A DNA stretch of 64,000 nucleotides from Felis catus (GCF_018350175.1 NC_058368.1:152398001-152462000), one strand, 5' to 3'; shown: positions 1 to 13,651, counted from the first letter of the stretch. Numbers and translations: made by a program. The notes: a model not told the origin generated them from the sequence alone.

Positions 1-17
1 GGGGTTAAAATGCAGCT

Positions 18-314
18 TCACAGAAAGCAAGCATAGGCACATTGGAATTTTAATGAATGGATCCATGAGATGCGGTTCTTAAAAAAGTGAAACAGATGCT
101 GTCCCTCTGCTGCTGTTCTTTCTTCCTGATTATTTTTATTTCTTTGCCATTCAAAAGAATCTGGTACGTCAGGGTGATTTTCCTTTGATAACCATCCTCT
201 TTCCAACACTGAACACCCAAGTATTGTGTTCAGACCTCAAGGTTTGCAATAATAGTGTTGAACAAATTTGGGAGAAAAAACTTAAAAATCATGGTCTACA
301 TTTCATTGTTGATT
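18..314 (-). pseudogene. Degraded exon-like block, ...GLNTILGCSVLERGWLSKENHPDVPDSFEWQRNKNNQEERTAAEGQHLFHFFKNRISWIHSLKFQCAYACFL
   Basis: Acceptor acctctacag at 315; protein-like frame (ORF 18..209) preceded by three stops. Confidence 0.3.
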
Positions 315-323
315 CTGTAGAGG

Positions 324-326
<3 letters not shown>

Positions 327-373
<47 letters not shown>

Positions 374-392
374 CACACACATACATACACAT
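327..392. repeat. (CA)n microsatellite
   Basis: Seen directly. Confidence 0.95.
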
Positions 393-1018
393 ACAATAGG
401 ACTAGCCTGGATCTCCAAATGATAAAAATTAATTATCTCACCAAAGTGCTGACCCCCAACATCTTTGCAAGGTTTTCAGTGTGTGAGACACATTTTCTGT
501 CTACATGAAACATTACCTTTGCTAGTCTTGCTCATTAGTTCATCCTTCTTATTGCCATTGCCTCTAATTATTTTATTATCATCTTAAATTTTTTATTATT
601 ATTTATCATCTGTGCTAGTTTTATAATATAAGAAACATTTAGAATTTAATAAAGCAAAACTATAATTGTCTTAGTTAATCAATAAAGGTGTGCTGCTTGG
701 GAGCATAAATGGGAAGTTAATTTGTTTTGCAAAATAAATGCCACAATAATGGAAAGACAAAAATATTCAAAATTCTCTTAATAAAGGACAGAGTACAGAA
801 TATTTTCATCTTATATCTTGAAATAAAGGAGAATGAAAATATAATCAATTGACTCTTGTATAATCATACAATTATACAATTATAAATATGTGTATATATC
901 TACAATCTACCTCCCCCCCAATGCTATTTAAATGCAAAGAAATTAGCACATATGAGCTCAAAAGTACTCACATCTATAGACTATATCTTGTGCTCATATG
1001 TAATAAATCTGTTGAATG

Positions 1019-1178
1019 AGGAGCACCTGCATAGCTCAGTCAGTTAAGCATCTGACTCTTGATTTTGGCTCAGGTCATGATCTCACAGTTGTGAGATTGA
1101 GCCCTGCATCTGGCTCTGTACTGAGCATGGAGCCTGCTTAAGATCCTCTCTCTCCAGCTGCTCTTCTCTCCCACTCAA

Positions 1179-1229
<51 letters not shown>

Positions 1230-1250
1230 AAAAAAAATAAGAAGAAGAAG
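1019..1250 (+). mobile_element. Can-SINE (SINEC, tRNA-derived)
   Basis: gctcagtcagttaagcatctgactcttgatttt head, (CT)n, A-rich tail. Confidence 0.9.
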
Positions 1251-1954
1251 AAGTTGAATAAATTTGTTGAGTGAACATTCTAAAAGGCAGAGGGTTAGAG
1301 CTTTTGTGAAGCTGGGAAACAATTTGAAACACTTTCTAATCATAATAGGTAGTCATTATGTGTGTTGCTCCTCTAGATATCCCATATCTGTTCGTTAGTT
1401 GAAAACAACAAAACTGAGGATAAAACTTGTTTCTTGGACCCTCCATCCAAAAGAAACCAAAGTAAATTACAGTACTCTCAACTTAATTTTGGAAGCTAGT
1501 CAACTCTCTATTTAAACTTCTGAAACAATATTAGTAAAATAGTAAAAAACACAGACTCCTATCCGTTAGCTTTCCAAAGACATGTGGTCTTTCTGTTCTT
1601 ATGCAACAAAGAGGTTTATTTCTAGTAAATAAATTATTTCATAGAAAAGAAATTATTTCAAAAAGATAAATATAGTACTTTTATAAAGAGTAAAGGGAAA
1701 AGAAATAGTGTGCTTATATCGTATGTTAGTTTCTTTGTGTATTAGCAGTTGCTCATCAAAACAAGGAAATAACATGGTTCTTAAGATACTAAAAGATTAA
1801 CCTCTGAAGGTAAGTGGTATATGACTAGTACAAAATAAAAAACATAAGGATATTTCCTTTTGTAACTTGTAATGGTTCGTAAACAAAATAAATCTAAGAA
1901 ATACGAGGGATTCAGTAGCACCAATAGAAGTGTTGGACACAGAGAAAATTCTTT

Positions 1955-2162
1955 TTTTTTAATTATCTTCATATTTATTTATTTTTGAGAGACGGAGCAT
2001 GAGTGGGGGAGGGGCAGAAAGAGAGGGAGACAGAATCCAAAGCAGGCTCCAGGCTCTGAGCTGTCAGCACATAGCCCGACGTGGGGCTCAAATGCACGAA
2101 CCATGAGATCGTGACCTGAGCCAAAGTTGGATGCTTAACCAACTGAACCACCCAGGTGCCCC
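1955..2162 (-). mobile_element. SINEC (feline-type)
   Basis: SINEC body; target-site duplication gacacagagaaaattctt on both sides. Confidence 0.95.
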
Positions 2163-2454
2163 GACACAGAGAAAATTCTTAACCAAAAACTCCTGCCAAG
2201 TTTCCTACTTTGTTTTATATGTAAATCTATTGGTGAAGTAAGGGGTTGGGTGTTAAGGCTTCCTTCTTGAGTCTTCCTACTTTAGAAATAACCAAACAAA
2301 TATACACCCATCATGTGTTAGAAAGTGACGTACATCTTTACGCCTCAAACTTTTGAGGAAATGGTCCTATACATAGATGGCCACTCCCAATTCCCTCTCC
2401 TGGGTGACCTCCATGAGAATACACTTACGGTTGTTCTGCCCACAAAACTAACTC

Positions 2455-3085
2455 CATAGTTCCTCAAAAAGTTTAAAATAGAATTACCATACAATCCAGC
2501 AATTCTACTTCTAGGTATATACACTACAAAAGACCTGAAAACAGGTGTTCAAACAAAGACTTGTGTAAAAATGTTCGTAACAACACTGTTCAAAATAGTC
2601 CAAAATAGTTCCATTTGGTGGAAACAGCCAAATGTCCATCAATAGATGAACAGATAAACAAAATATAGTACATCCATACAATTGAATATAACTTACCCAT
2701 GGAAAGTAGTGAAGTACCGATACATGCTACTACATGGATGAATCTTGAAAACATTATCTTAAGCGAAAGAAGTCAGACACAGAGGTCCTTAGATTGTACA
2801 ATTTCATTTATATGGAATATCCAGAAAAGGCAAATGCATAGAGACAAAAAACAGTTCACTGCTTGCCAGGGGCCAAGAGAGTGGGGAATACAGACTGATT
2901 CCTTAATGTGTATGAGGCCTCCTCTTGGGGTAATAAAAATGTCCCCTAACCAGATAATGGTGATGGTTGTACAACACCTGGTTGTACAACCAGACAATGG
3001 TGATGGTGATACCATAAGACACTGAACTCTAAATGGTTAAAATGCTAACTTTTATGTTATGTGAATTTTATCTCAATTAAAAACA
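2455..3085 (+). mobile_element. L1MB-like LINE-1 3' end
   Basis: gaattaccatacaatccagcaattctacttctaggtatat ... ttttatgttatgtgaattttatctcaatt. Confidence 0.85.
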
Positions 3086-3441
3086 AAACTAAACTAAACT
3101 AAATTCCAGTGTTGGTGATCTGGCCCCAAAACTCTTCAGAGTTTATGTGCCTGGCCTAAGTGATCTGGGCCCCTGGCAGCCAAGACTCCTCACAGCAGTA
3201 TTGGAGATGTCGCTTTTAAGTGAGGTCAAGTTCCCACTACAGTGCCTAAATAAACTTTCTCAAAATGTGGCCCTAAAGGCAAAAATTCTGATATGTTGAC
3301 TTTTATTAGTCATTTTAACAGTATGCATTTTCAAGAGACCCAGATTTTAGATTTTTTTTTTTCAAATTCAGGACTTTCTACCTTTTAGCTCTTTGGCCAT
3401 CAAAGAAATTTTTTCAGAGGCAATGATGAATTGGCTTCCTT

Positions 3442-3571
3442 GTAGGGCAACCATACATCCAGTTTCCTAAAAGCCTTCTGGTTTACATCTACTGACCTAG
3501 CAATTAATAGTAGTGTCCCTACTACTCTCAAAAGTGTCCCAGTCTGGACGATACATTGAATGATCTCCCTA
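3442..3571. mobile_element. hAT-Blackjack MITE (MER94-like)
   Basis: Degenerate termini tagggcaacca / tgatctcccta; internal aaaagtgtcccagtctggacgata. Confidence 0.6.
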
Positions 3572-4204
3572 CTTCACAGGGACCACAGTTTAAGCTTTGC
3601 TGACTGATCTGTCCAACAAGAGTCTTTTTTTTGTGCCAGCTTTGATCCAGTTCTCTGGCAAGTTAGATGTGATTTGTCTTAATATATGCATTCTGTTTGC
3701 CAAGGCATACATAGCATGTTTGGACAATATGGTCTCATTTCATGATCTTTTGCTCTTATTTTTTCTTCATATCCTATGATACAGCTAATCGTTTGTGGGA
3801 ACCAAAATGCTAGGAATGATGCCACAGGGAAACTTTCCTATAAGGTATACTTTCTAAAGTGGATTAATCAAAAAAAAAAAAAAAAAAAGCTTAATAAACT
3901 CAATTTGGGCACACCCTGATGTTACTACATGGTAGTGTTGAGCTAAATCTGGTTGAAATTTCCCTCACATCTATCTGATAGGATCAAGTGCTATAGATAA
4001 TTTCATAGTTGTCTACCTATGCTTACTAACATCCCTCTAGGTCAAAAATAGTCATCCTTTTTTCTTTTAACCTATGCATAGTCTCAGAACCTATGTTCAT
4101 ACAAGATTAAATCAGAGAAGTAGGTGGGCTAAGAAGACTGACATGAGCTGAGAGATTCTGAAATTAGATTACCAATGAGCATATTAAATTTGATGCATTC
4201 CTTT

Positions 4205-4425
4205 TATTTTTTTATTTTTTTTTAATGTTTATTTATTTTTGAGAGAGACAGAGACAGAATGCGAGTGGGTTGGGGCAGAGAGAGAGGGAGACACAGAATC
4301 TGAAGCAGACTCCAGGCTCTGAGCTGCCAGCACAGAGCCCGATGCGAGGCTGGAACTCACAAGCTGTGAAATCATGACCTGAGCCGAAGTCAGACACTCA
4401 ACTGACTAAGCCACCCAGGCGCCCC
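4205..4425 (-). mobile_element. SINEC (feline-type)
   Basis: SINEC body; TSD gatgcattcctttta. Confidence 0.95.
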
Positions 4426-5403
4426 GATGCATTCCTTTTAAATAACGCTATCTGCTTCTTATATCTAGAAATTTAGTGGCATAGTGATTACATATTTCAA
4501 TATTTGCTGTCAAGATCACCCTAAACAAAAATTAATCAGGCAGTATATTAGTTGGATTCCTTTGACTACAAGTGGGATTGGCATAGGCCATCATAAGAAC
4601 AGCAAAGTTTATTATGAGATTACCCACAGGCTTGAAGAACCAGTTACACTCTGTTTCTGTCAGCTCCCTAAAAACTTTGATTTCATTATGGTCCACTGTG
4701 GTGCCAGCTTCACACGACAGCATCCTTTCAGCTTGAGCTCTTACTTCTTTCCATTAATTTAGTTCAAATAACTAAAAGGGACAATCTAATTGATCCAACC
4801 CACCTTGTTGTATTAGGCCATGCCACAGGTCATTGGTTCCTCTATAAAACAGCTGCCCCTATTTCAGATTCATTACCCCCTTACCATCCCCTTAAGCAAG
4901 ATAAACTGTTTTGGCCAAAGAAGAAAAGCTCAGTCATGCAGTATGTTAAAATCCCCCCCACCTTCCTGCCAGCAGGCGTTTTAAGCAAGGCAGTCAGTCC
5001 CCCTCAGAATGGGAGATTCTATATGCCCAACAGGGGCAGTTTTTCTCTTTGTTTTCTTCTCACTCCTTCCCACCCATCTCCACAAAAAGCTAGCTCCAGC
5101 AAAATGCTTTAACTCCATTCTATTCAACCTACCCTGGACCCCATTCTCATTAACACTTACTCTTAATTAGATATCAAATATTTCCAATATCAAGTGTTAA
5201 TGACAACTCGATGCTACTTTCAAGAGATCACTTTTAAATTAGCAACTCCTCCCAGCTAAGAACCTCTCTGTGCTATTAGAGAAATACTTAGAAACAAGAA
5301 CTTCTGCCAAGCACCTTCCCAGCCTCCAATCATATCATATTTCTGTCTATATACTTGACCAGCTCAGGATTTTCTTGCTTTTCCATTTAATTCAAATCAA
5401 TAC

Positions 5404-5537
5404 CTAATCAAAACTTATTTTGCTTTATGTTTGTAATTCTGTAACTGTTTCAAAGCACAGAAATTCATACAATGAGGAAAGTCTTATTTTTCAAGTATTA
5501 TTCACTTATAAATATAAGATGTATTTGAAAGTCCTTT
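5404..5537 (-). pseudogene. Degraded exon candidate
   Basis: Acceptor cctttcatttctgcag, donor TAG|gtattg; multiple stops in both frames I translated. Confidence 0.3.
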
Positions 5538-5879
5538 CTGCAGAAATGAAAGGCAGCCAGCAATGGATTAAACATACTGTGTATCTGTGGTCTTTGCTGC
5601 ACAGTCTGAAAAGCCATTTCTATGAGATTTTTAAAAATTGAAAAGTATTTACTAAATTACTACCTGACATAATACAGTAGGTGCAAAGTAATGGATTTCT
5701 TTTATAAAAGTTATCTCCCTGCCCTCAAAGAACTTATGTTCAGTTCAGGAGTTCCTTGACATTCCCACCCTTGCTCAGTTTCTCAAGTTGTCTAAATGAA
5801 AAACTTATTCAGAGACCTGGGAAAATAGCACGTGGACAGCCCTAGAAAGCTTCTCTGGGCAGAAAAAAAAATTCCCATG

Positions 5880-6005
5880 AGGGGTGCCTGGGTGGTTCAG
5901 TCAGTTAAGCATCCGACTCTTGATTTCGGCTCAGGTCATGATCTCATGGTTTGTGGGATCCAGCCCCCACAGGGCTCTGTGCTGACAGCGTGGAGCCTCC
6001 CTGGG

Positions 6006-6042
<37 letters not shown>

Positions 6043-6066
6043 ATAAATTAATTAAACTTAAAAAAA
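5880..6066 (+). mobile_element. SINEC
   Basis: ggggtgcctgggtggttcagtc head, (CT)n, A tail. Confidence 0.9.
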
Positions 6067-6888
6067 ATTCCATGAAATTTAATGTGTTAATAAAATATCT
6101 TTCTTACCTCTCTGGTCCCCTAAGCAAACCTACTGAATTTTCCTTCTTGTCTGTGTAAGGGACTATCAGGGACCACACCAACAGTCAGGGCTCAGAAGAG
6201 ACATGTACTAAGCAGAGGGACACATTCAGAGCAAGGGCAAAGGATAAAGGCACACCTATCTTTAAGGGGTTGTGTGTTTGGGCTATTTTTTGTTCTTTCT
6301 GTTTTCCTAGGAAACATCATTTTGGAAAGTGAGGGTATGACAAGTGGAGAGAAAGCAAATATAAGATGAGGAAAAGGGAGGGGAAGTAGACAAAGAGCCT
6401 GGCCTTTCAGTATGTGAGGATTTTCCCTTTTCTAGGAAGTTTAAAAAAAAGTCTTCTCAAGGAAATTTAACACTTTCATACTATGATTAATGTATTAACA
6501 CTTAAAAAAAAAAAACAGTGATATAAACTCTAGCTAATTCTGTGCTGAAGACACTGAATTCAGGCACAAATCACACAAACAGTCCTCAAGCTTACAATGA
6601 AATACACTCCTGGAAGAGGAGCAATCAATAATATGATGCTACTAGATCTAGCTTCTTCAATAGAAGTAATGTCATAAGTGGGTGGAGGGAGATAACATCC
6701 CTGGCTAAACCCTGACATTAAACATTTTATAGACTAGGCAGCAAAAAGCTATTTAATCTTCCCAGCAAAATGTTTGTTTCAAACTGGTACAGATTAAAAC
6801 CTTCCAAACTATACCGAAATTGAACAGCACCCAGTTTGGAATCCCAGCTCTGTCATTATCTAGCTATGTCACTTCAGGTAAGTTACCC

Positions 6889-7408
6889 TGAGACAGGGAA
6901 ACTAAAGGAATCCCATGAAAACTCTTTGTTCCTCCTTTCCTGCTTCTATTTTTGCTAGGACCTCTACCTCCAACTTACACACATGACTTACAAAACAGAT
7001 AATGTATGTCCTCTTTTTAAAGGTCAAAGAGTTTTTCAAGTCTTCTGACACAGTAAGTAACATCTATCATGGAGGACACTTGAGCACTCTCGTGCTTGTT
7101 TTGACCAGTTTCTAGATGCCTGAGAGGATACGTATACCAGACCACAATCTTCAGTAAAAACTCCAGTCCCCAAGCAAGGACAAGGCTCACTCAACCTTCT
7201 TTCTGGGCCTGCCATGGACTTCTGAGTCTTTCTGTGTGAGTCATTCCATAGATCCTCGTCCATATCTGCACTCTCCATATATCTTCAATCTGCTCTTACT
7301 TCCTCTTGGCTCGAGTTTGATTTCTATCCCGCTTGAAGCCAAGGACCCTCTTGACAGGTCCTGTGGGACTACCTCTGGGTCCCTAGACACTGCCTGCCTG
7401 CCTCGATC
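6889..7408 (+). mobile_element. Solo LTR (ERV1-like), inserted into a MIR
   Basis: Begins tgag, interrupts the MIR core, LTR-like 3' end gccaaggaccctcttgacaggtcctgtggg. Confidence 0.55.
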
Positions 7409-7476
7409 CTCTCAGAACCAGTTTCCTTTTCTATAAAATTGGATTATAATGATACCTATCTTATAAAGCATGAATT

Positions 7477-8650
7477 TGTGATAAAACAAGCAATATGTAT
7501 TTTGGCCTTCATTCTCTGGCTCCCAGCCAGAGCTCCTAAAACCTTTACAATTTCCTAAGTGAAAAAGGTGTAAGGGGTATCTTTAGTTGTAATATTTGGT
7601 TTTTGTCCCTGGCTCCTGATATAGTTCAAGAGTGATAGAGGTGAAAGGAGTATCTTTTGTTATTTATAACAAAACCTTTTCAACCACACCTGAGTTTATG
7701 TTAATGAAGTGACTTTTGGAAAGCCCCTAAGAATGGGAAGGCTTGTTGCCAGGGGAACCAACAATGTGATGAGAGTTTGGCACTTTCAGCCCCATCCCCC
7801 CAGCATTCCAGTGAAGGAGAGGGGATGGATATTAAGCTAATCACTAATTGCCTATGATTTAATCAGTTATGTTTATCTGGTAAAGCCTCTATAAAAACCC
7901 TGACCAAAGAGCTGAGAGAGTTTCCAGGTTGGTGAACACATCAAGGTGAGGGGAAAGTAACCCACCCAGAGAAGTCACAGAAGCTCCACACCACTTTCCG
8001 CATATATTGTCTTATGCACTGTTACCATTTGTCTGTTCCTGAGTTGTATTTCTCAAAACAAAACAATAATAATAAGCAAAGCACTTTCCTGAGTTTTTTT
8101 TTTTTTTAATTTTTTTTTTTCAACGTTTATTTATTTTTGGGACAGAGAGAGGCAGAGCATGAACGGGGGAGGGGCAGAGAGAGAGGGAGACACAGAATCG
8201 GAAACAGGCTCCAGGCTCTGAGCCATCAGCCCAGAGCCTGACGCGGGGCTCGAACTCCCGGACCGCGAGATCGTGACCTGGCTAAAGTCGGACGCTTAAC
8301 CGACTGCGCCACCCAGGCGCCCCTTCACTTTCCTGAGTTTTGTGAGCCCATCTAGCAAATTATCAAACCCAAAGACGGGTTTGCAGAATCCCTGATTTAT
8401 AGCAAGTCAGTCAGAACTACAGGTGACAACCTGGGACGTGTAATTGGTGTCTCACGTGGGGAGCCCTCTTCTGGGAATGAGCCCTTAACCCGTGGGGTCT
8501 TCACTAATTCCAGTCAGTGTCAGAAATGGGTTATATAGTAGGACTCCCAGTTGGTGTCCTCCAACAAATGGAGAATTGCTTGGTTTACAAAACTCCACAC
8601 ATTTGGTGTCAGAAGTGTTGTGAGAATCGAGGAAAGAAGTTTTCCTTGTA
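7477..8650 (+). mobile_element. MER21-like LTR interrupted by a young SINE
   Basis: tgtgataaaa...tatttggccttc...cagagctcctaaaacc start; tttggtgtcagaagtgttgtgaga end. Confidence 0.75.
8095..8323 (-). mobile_element. Young feline SINEC
   Basis: CpG-rich and near-identical to the copies at 22631, 27361, 32247 and 51381; TSD cactttcctgagtttt. Confidence 0.95.
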
Positions 8651-8654
8651 TATG

Positions 8655-9047
8655 GTGTTCAAAAAACCACAACAGGTCCAAAATAGATTCACTTGTTCTA
8701 AGCCCTACATCAGCAAAAAAGGTCTTAAAACCTAACCTAATTGCAGTTTCAACGTCTCCCAAAGACTAGAATTTTAAACCTATCAGTCTGGAATTTACTC
8801 ATCAATCCCAGAGAGGTAATCTGCCTAATAGACCCTGGTCCACTCCCCTTCCCCAAAGGAAGGTCAGCTTGCCTGAAATAATACTATCTTTTGTTTATGA
8901 CATCCTTACTCCTGCCCCCTTCTGCCTACAAAAGCCTTCTATTTTCTACAGCTCTTCAGAGCTCCTTTCTACTTTCTAGATGGGACAAAACCCAATTGTG
9001 GAGTAAAGCCAATTTACTGTAGTCAGTTGAATTTTTGGCTTTTAGCA
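8655..9047 (+). mobile_element. MER34-like LTR
   Basis: caggtccaaaatagattcacttgttctaagccc ... gagctcctttctactttctagatggga. Confidence 0.6.
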
Positions 9048-9754
9048 AGGGTATTGTAAGAGTTAAATTAAATAATCTATATAAAGCACTTAGCAATGCC
9101 TAACAAGTACTATGCACTCAGTAAAGGTTAGTTGTAATTATTATCATGTGTACATATTGATAAATATGTTTCCGGATTGCCACTCATTGTGTAAATTGGT
9201 CTATTTCATCCAAACACAATGCATCCTACATGCCCTAGACAAAAATACCAGCCAACTCTATCATATAGAGTCCACCATACTTATTTCTGATATTTTGATT
9301 CAGTCAGTTCAGCTGGCCTGAATCACACCTCTGGCTTCCAACAGCCTCATTGTGCCCTCTTTTGCTCTAGCCCCCATCTTGACCCCCAACACTTAGTTGG
9401 GATCTGCTCAAGCTAGCTATGCTACCTGCACTAGCCTTCCCCGTTCAGTGAAAGGATTTATATCATTGTAATTAATGATGCAAAGTTATATTTAAATAAT
9501 CCAGTATAAATATATAAAATATTTGTCGCTAATTTAGTTGAATCTTGATTCTTCCCTTACTTCTATCCCACCAAAAACTGCTCCTTCCTAAGAACTCCTC
9601 ATTTCAGTAAAGAGTACTCCCCAAATTCCCCAAAATTCTAAGTGTCAATTCATCTTTTTTTCCACTCCCTAAATTCAATTCATCAGTAAGTTCTACCACT
9701 GTAATTGTGAAATACATTCTGAATCTTTCCCCTTTTGTCTGTATTATTAACATC

Positions 9755-9921
9755 TTTGTCCATTGGCAAGTCAGCATCGGTATCATCTGGGAACTTGCTG
9801 AACAGTTCTTAGGCCCCATCCCAGAAATACTGACTCAGGAGGGAGAGGAAGAGGCATCAATCTGTGTTTTAACAGGCCATCCAAGTGATTCTGACAAACA
9901 CCCTGGCCTGCAAACCACTGT
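9755..9921. mobile_element. MER5A-like hAT MITE within an L2 remnant
   Basis: cagcatcggtatcatctgggaacttg ... atctgtgttttaacagg ... aaccactg. Confidence 0.65.
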
Positions 9922-11200
9922 TCCCATCAAAACCACTCTCAGCTCCCAGCGTCAGTGTATGACAATATCAAAGCAGCATTATGAGTCTCTACTCTTGTTC
10001 CCCTACCATCCATTTTCCTCTCAGCAACAGGAATAGTATTTTTTTTTACTTGAAATCCTCCAGTGACTTTCTATGTCCATTAAACTAAAATTATTTTCCT
10101 TACCCTGGTTTACACATCCCTACATGACCTAGCTACATGCTTCTTCTCCAATAACATCCCTCTCCATCTTTTATGCTCTAGCAACACTGGTCTTCTCTTC
10201 CCATCAGTTAAACATACCATGCTGGGCCTTTGTAAAAATTTGCTCCTTTGCTGGTATCATCCTTATCATTCAGGTCTCAGATTCAGTGTTTCAGATTCAA
10301 GGTCTTCACACTATGTGAAGCTTCTGGGGTCCAATAATTAGTCACTTACAGATAACAAACATTCATTCTCTACATATCACTAACTGTGACCTCATAGCTT
10401 TCTTATTTGCTATTTTTACAGTTTATTATCTTTCTTCTACTAGATGGCCTTAGAGTAATGATTTGTCCATTATGTTTACCTTTGTTGATCCAGAAACCAG
10501 AATAATAATGCAAATGTTTAATAAATATTTGTTGAAATAATTAACTAATTGTAAAAAAGCAGCAGAGGAAGAAATACGTGCAACAATATCAGGGAATGTG
10601 GAAAGTCTTTGAGGAGATTGTGTCAAGTGACTCTAAAAGTGACTCTAAAAGGAGACAGAGGAGGACAATGGATCAAAACTGAAGTCTGATCCAACAGGGC
10701 TCAAATACCAGCTCTGCCTCTCACAAGGTACCGGACCTGGAGCAAATTTCTATCTTTTTTTTTAAACCTTTTCAACATCATCCTCTCAGGGTTGTCTTTG
10801 GAAATAACTCAAATAATATAATAGGAAACTTAGCACATGGCAAATACACAGTAATTATAATTTGGAACTTTGCAGAAGGTCTGGAGGTCTTTGAAAAATA
10901 TGTTATATATTGCACATGATAATAGGATTGTTAATCAAAATGAAATAAAGGAAAAACTCACCTATAATCTTGTTACCTCAAAAAACATTTTCATCTTGTC
11001 ACTTCACTTTTATATACATAGAATATTTTTACATAATAAAAATCCCAAAGTAGATTCAATTTTGTAATTCCTTGACTTTTTGAAAACTCAGTTCAGAGAT
11101 GTCTCTTTTTCTGCCTCATTTTTAAATTTCCCTCAAGCAGGTAGAGAGAAGCAATCAAGTTGCTGGTCCTCCCTGCCTTTGAAGCTGAAAGTTTTACTAC

Positions 11201-11570
11201 CTTCTTGAAATGCAATCTCTACTTTAGCGATTTCATCTTGCACTCTGATATTATGAATGTCATGTCTTTAAAATGCATGAAACAACCTTTATTTGCACTA
11301 AAATTCCCAGCCTTTGATCATTCCCATCCTTTTGTCTCAAAAATAACTGCTCCAGGTTTTGACTAGAAGAGTGGTCAACTCAAAGGCATACGTCTCTGTG
11401 TTTGATCATGAATCTACAAAATTAAAAGGCTTTGTTTTCATTGGAGGAACGCTAGTAATAGGGAGAGGAATGAATCATGGAGACAGATGGAAGAAGGAAG
11501 TCAGAGTAGCATGATGACTATCATTGAAGAGAAACCCTGAATGCCATAGTTTTTGGAGTACTCATGGTCA
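11201..11570 (-). pseudogene. Degraded exon-like block(s), includes SKPGAVIFETKGWE*SKAGNFSANKGCFMHFKDMTFIISECKMKSLK
   Basis: Acceptors ccattacttacag (11571) and ccactcttctag (11363), donor AAG|gtagta; several stops, frame uncertain. Confidence 0.35.
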
Positions 11571-13169
11571 CTGTAAGTAATGGGAAGGGATGTCATAAGT
11601 GTAGTGAGAGGATCATTGTAAACTGATGAATTTTCAAAAGTAAACAGAGGAAAGTAAAAGTCTCCAAATTCAGTCTGTCTGAACAATATTAATCAAATGG
11701 CTACTATATGCCACGCAATGTGTTAAGTGCTGGGGGATCAAAAAATAAATAAATACATAAAACTGAAACCTAGGTATGGTTCCTATCCCCCATATTTATA
11801 ACCTTGTGTAAGAAACACCAATGAGCCAAATAAACACTCAAATTAACATAAATTTATAACTCAGATTACTGATGGAAAAAAGATACATAGTGTCATAAGA
11901 TCATGAAATAATTAGATCTCACCTAGATTTGGGAATAAGGAAGGACTCTCTGAGCAGGAAGCATTTGAGCTAGATCTGAAAGTAAATGTTAACTGGATAA
12001 CTGCTTTTGACTTGGAAGTAGGAGGGAATGGGTGTGCAGAGCATTCCAGATAGAGAACAGCATACACAACGGGCCTGAGTTAGGAGGAACAAGGCATGTT
12101 AATGGAACTGATAGAAAATCAATACTATTATGACCAAAGGTGTTCAGAAGGTCAGCTGAAACATGCTGCCAGTCAAGGTTGGATGTATCTGAATAGGTGA
12201 TGGGGTTCTAACTCACAAAGTCTGTTGTAGGGATTAAATAAGTAAAATGGGAACAACCTGGTAAAGTACAGTACAGTGTTTGGCACAAAATAAAGTGGCT
12301 TGTAAGTACTCTTTGTTGTTATTATCATTCGGCATTACCACGTCCACTGTTTATACGTTAATTATTTTCCATCATTTCTGCCTCTATGTCTGGTCAGCTC
12401 AGGCTGCTATTGTCCCTCACATGGACTCCCTACAATAGTTCCATTCTCCACACTGAACCCACCACTTCCCACATGAAAGCACTTAAGGACTCCACCTCTA
12501 GTTAGTTGTATATAATATTGGTTTGCGATATGGTATATTGTATGTGAAGATGATAAGATTAAAAGCCAGAAATTATCTATAGTGGCCACAATATATAGAC
12601 AATACAATGTCATTATTACATAAGAGAGTGGTACAGAGGGTTTAAATAACATAAATTTAAAATATAAGATGGAATTAAAATATTATTCAGAGTAATTATA
12701 ATTTTAACTAAGAGTCACCTGTCAGTACGAGCTGTCAATATCAAAAGCTCAGATAGGGTAGCTAGGTAGATAGACAGGGTAGGGAAGACAAGACCATACC
12801 TGCTGGGTGGAAGATCTAGGGAAAGCTGGAAACCCTAACTTGAGTCTCTGGTCACTTCAGAGTAAAGCCAGCCTTTGGTAATATCTCTCCAGAGTGAAGC
12901 TCCAAGAGAGTCACAGCTCTCTTCTCCTGCCAGCCAGTCCAAAACCCCAGCCTAAGTGTTTCCCTTTCTTTCTGACCCAGGATTTTAACTTCCTGTTCAA
13001 CAGGATAAGAGGTGAAAGTAGGAGAAGAGTAAAAAGTGATAAAATGACTGCTTAAAGACCTCCCAAGCCTCTTCTTCCTTTACTTTCAAATTAGTTCTTG
13101 CTAGCCTCTAGGTAAATACCTACTATAACAATGGAACCCAAACAGAGGATTCTTCAAAAACAATAGGTA

Positions 13170-13309
13170 CTAAGTCCCCTGAGTGGCTCAGTAGGTTGAG
13201 CATCTAACTCTTCATTTCAGCTCAGGTTATGATACCAGGGTCCTGGGATCAATCCCTGTGTCAGGCTACACACTAAGCATGGAGCCTGCTTAAGTTCTCT
13301 CTCTCTCCA

Positions 13310-13362
<53 letters not shown>

Positions 13363-13400
13363 GTCTCTAAAATAAAACAAACAAACAGAAAAAGAAAAGA
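13170..13400 (+). mobile_element. SINEC
   Basis: gtggctcagtaggttgagcatctaactctt head, (CT)n, A tail. Confidence 0.9.
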
Positions 13401-13582
13401 AGATAAGTACCAATATAATGGAGAATTCTCTTGATCCAAAACCCTACTAAAGATTCACCATTGCATCAAGATAAAATCCAAAGCTCTCAGCCCTCCATGC
13501 AGGGCCTCTTATGATCTGTGCCCTCTGGTGCCTCCAACTTTACCTCTCATTACAATTCTGCTCAGTGAACTCCAATTAGTCT

Positions 13583-13651
13583 TTATTATTATTATTATTA
13601 TTATTAATGTTTATTTTTTAGAGAGAGAGACAGAGCATGAGCAGGAGAGGA

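Noticed and set aside
3595..3773. Minus-strand exon-like block
   Set aside because: Stops in all frames; the peptide looks more like the C-terminus of an old LINE reverse transcriptase.
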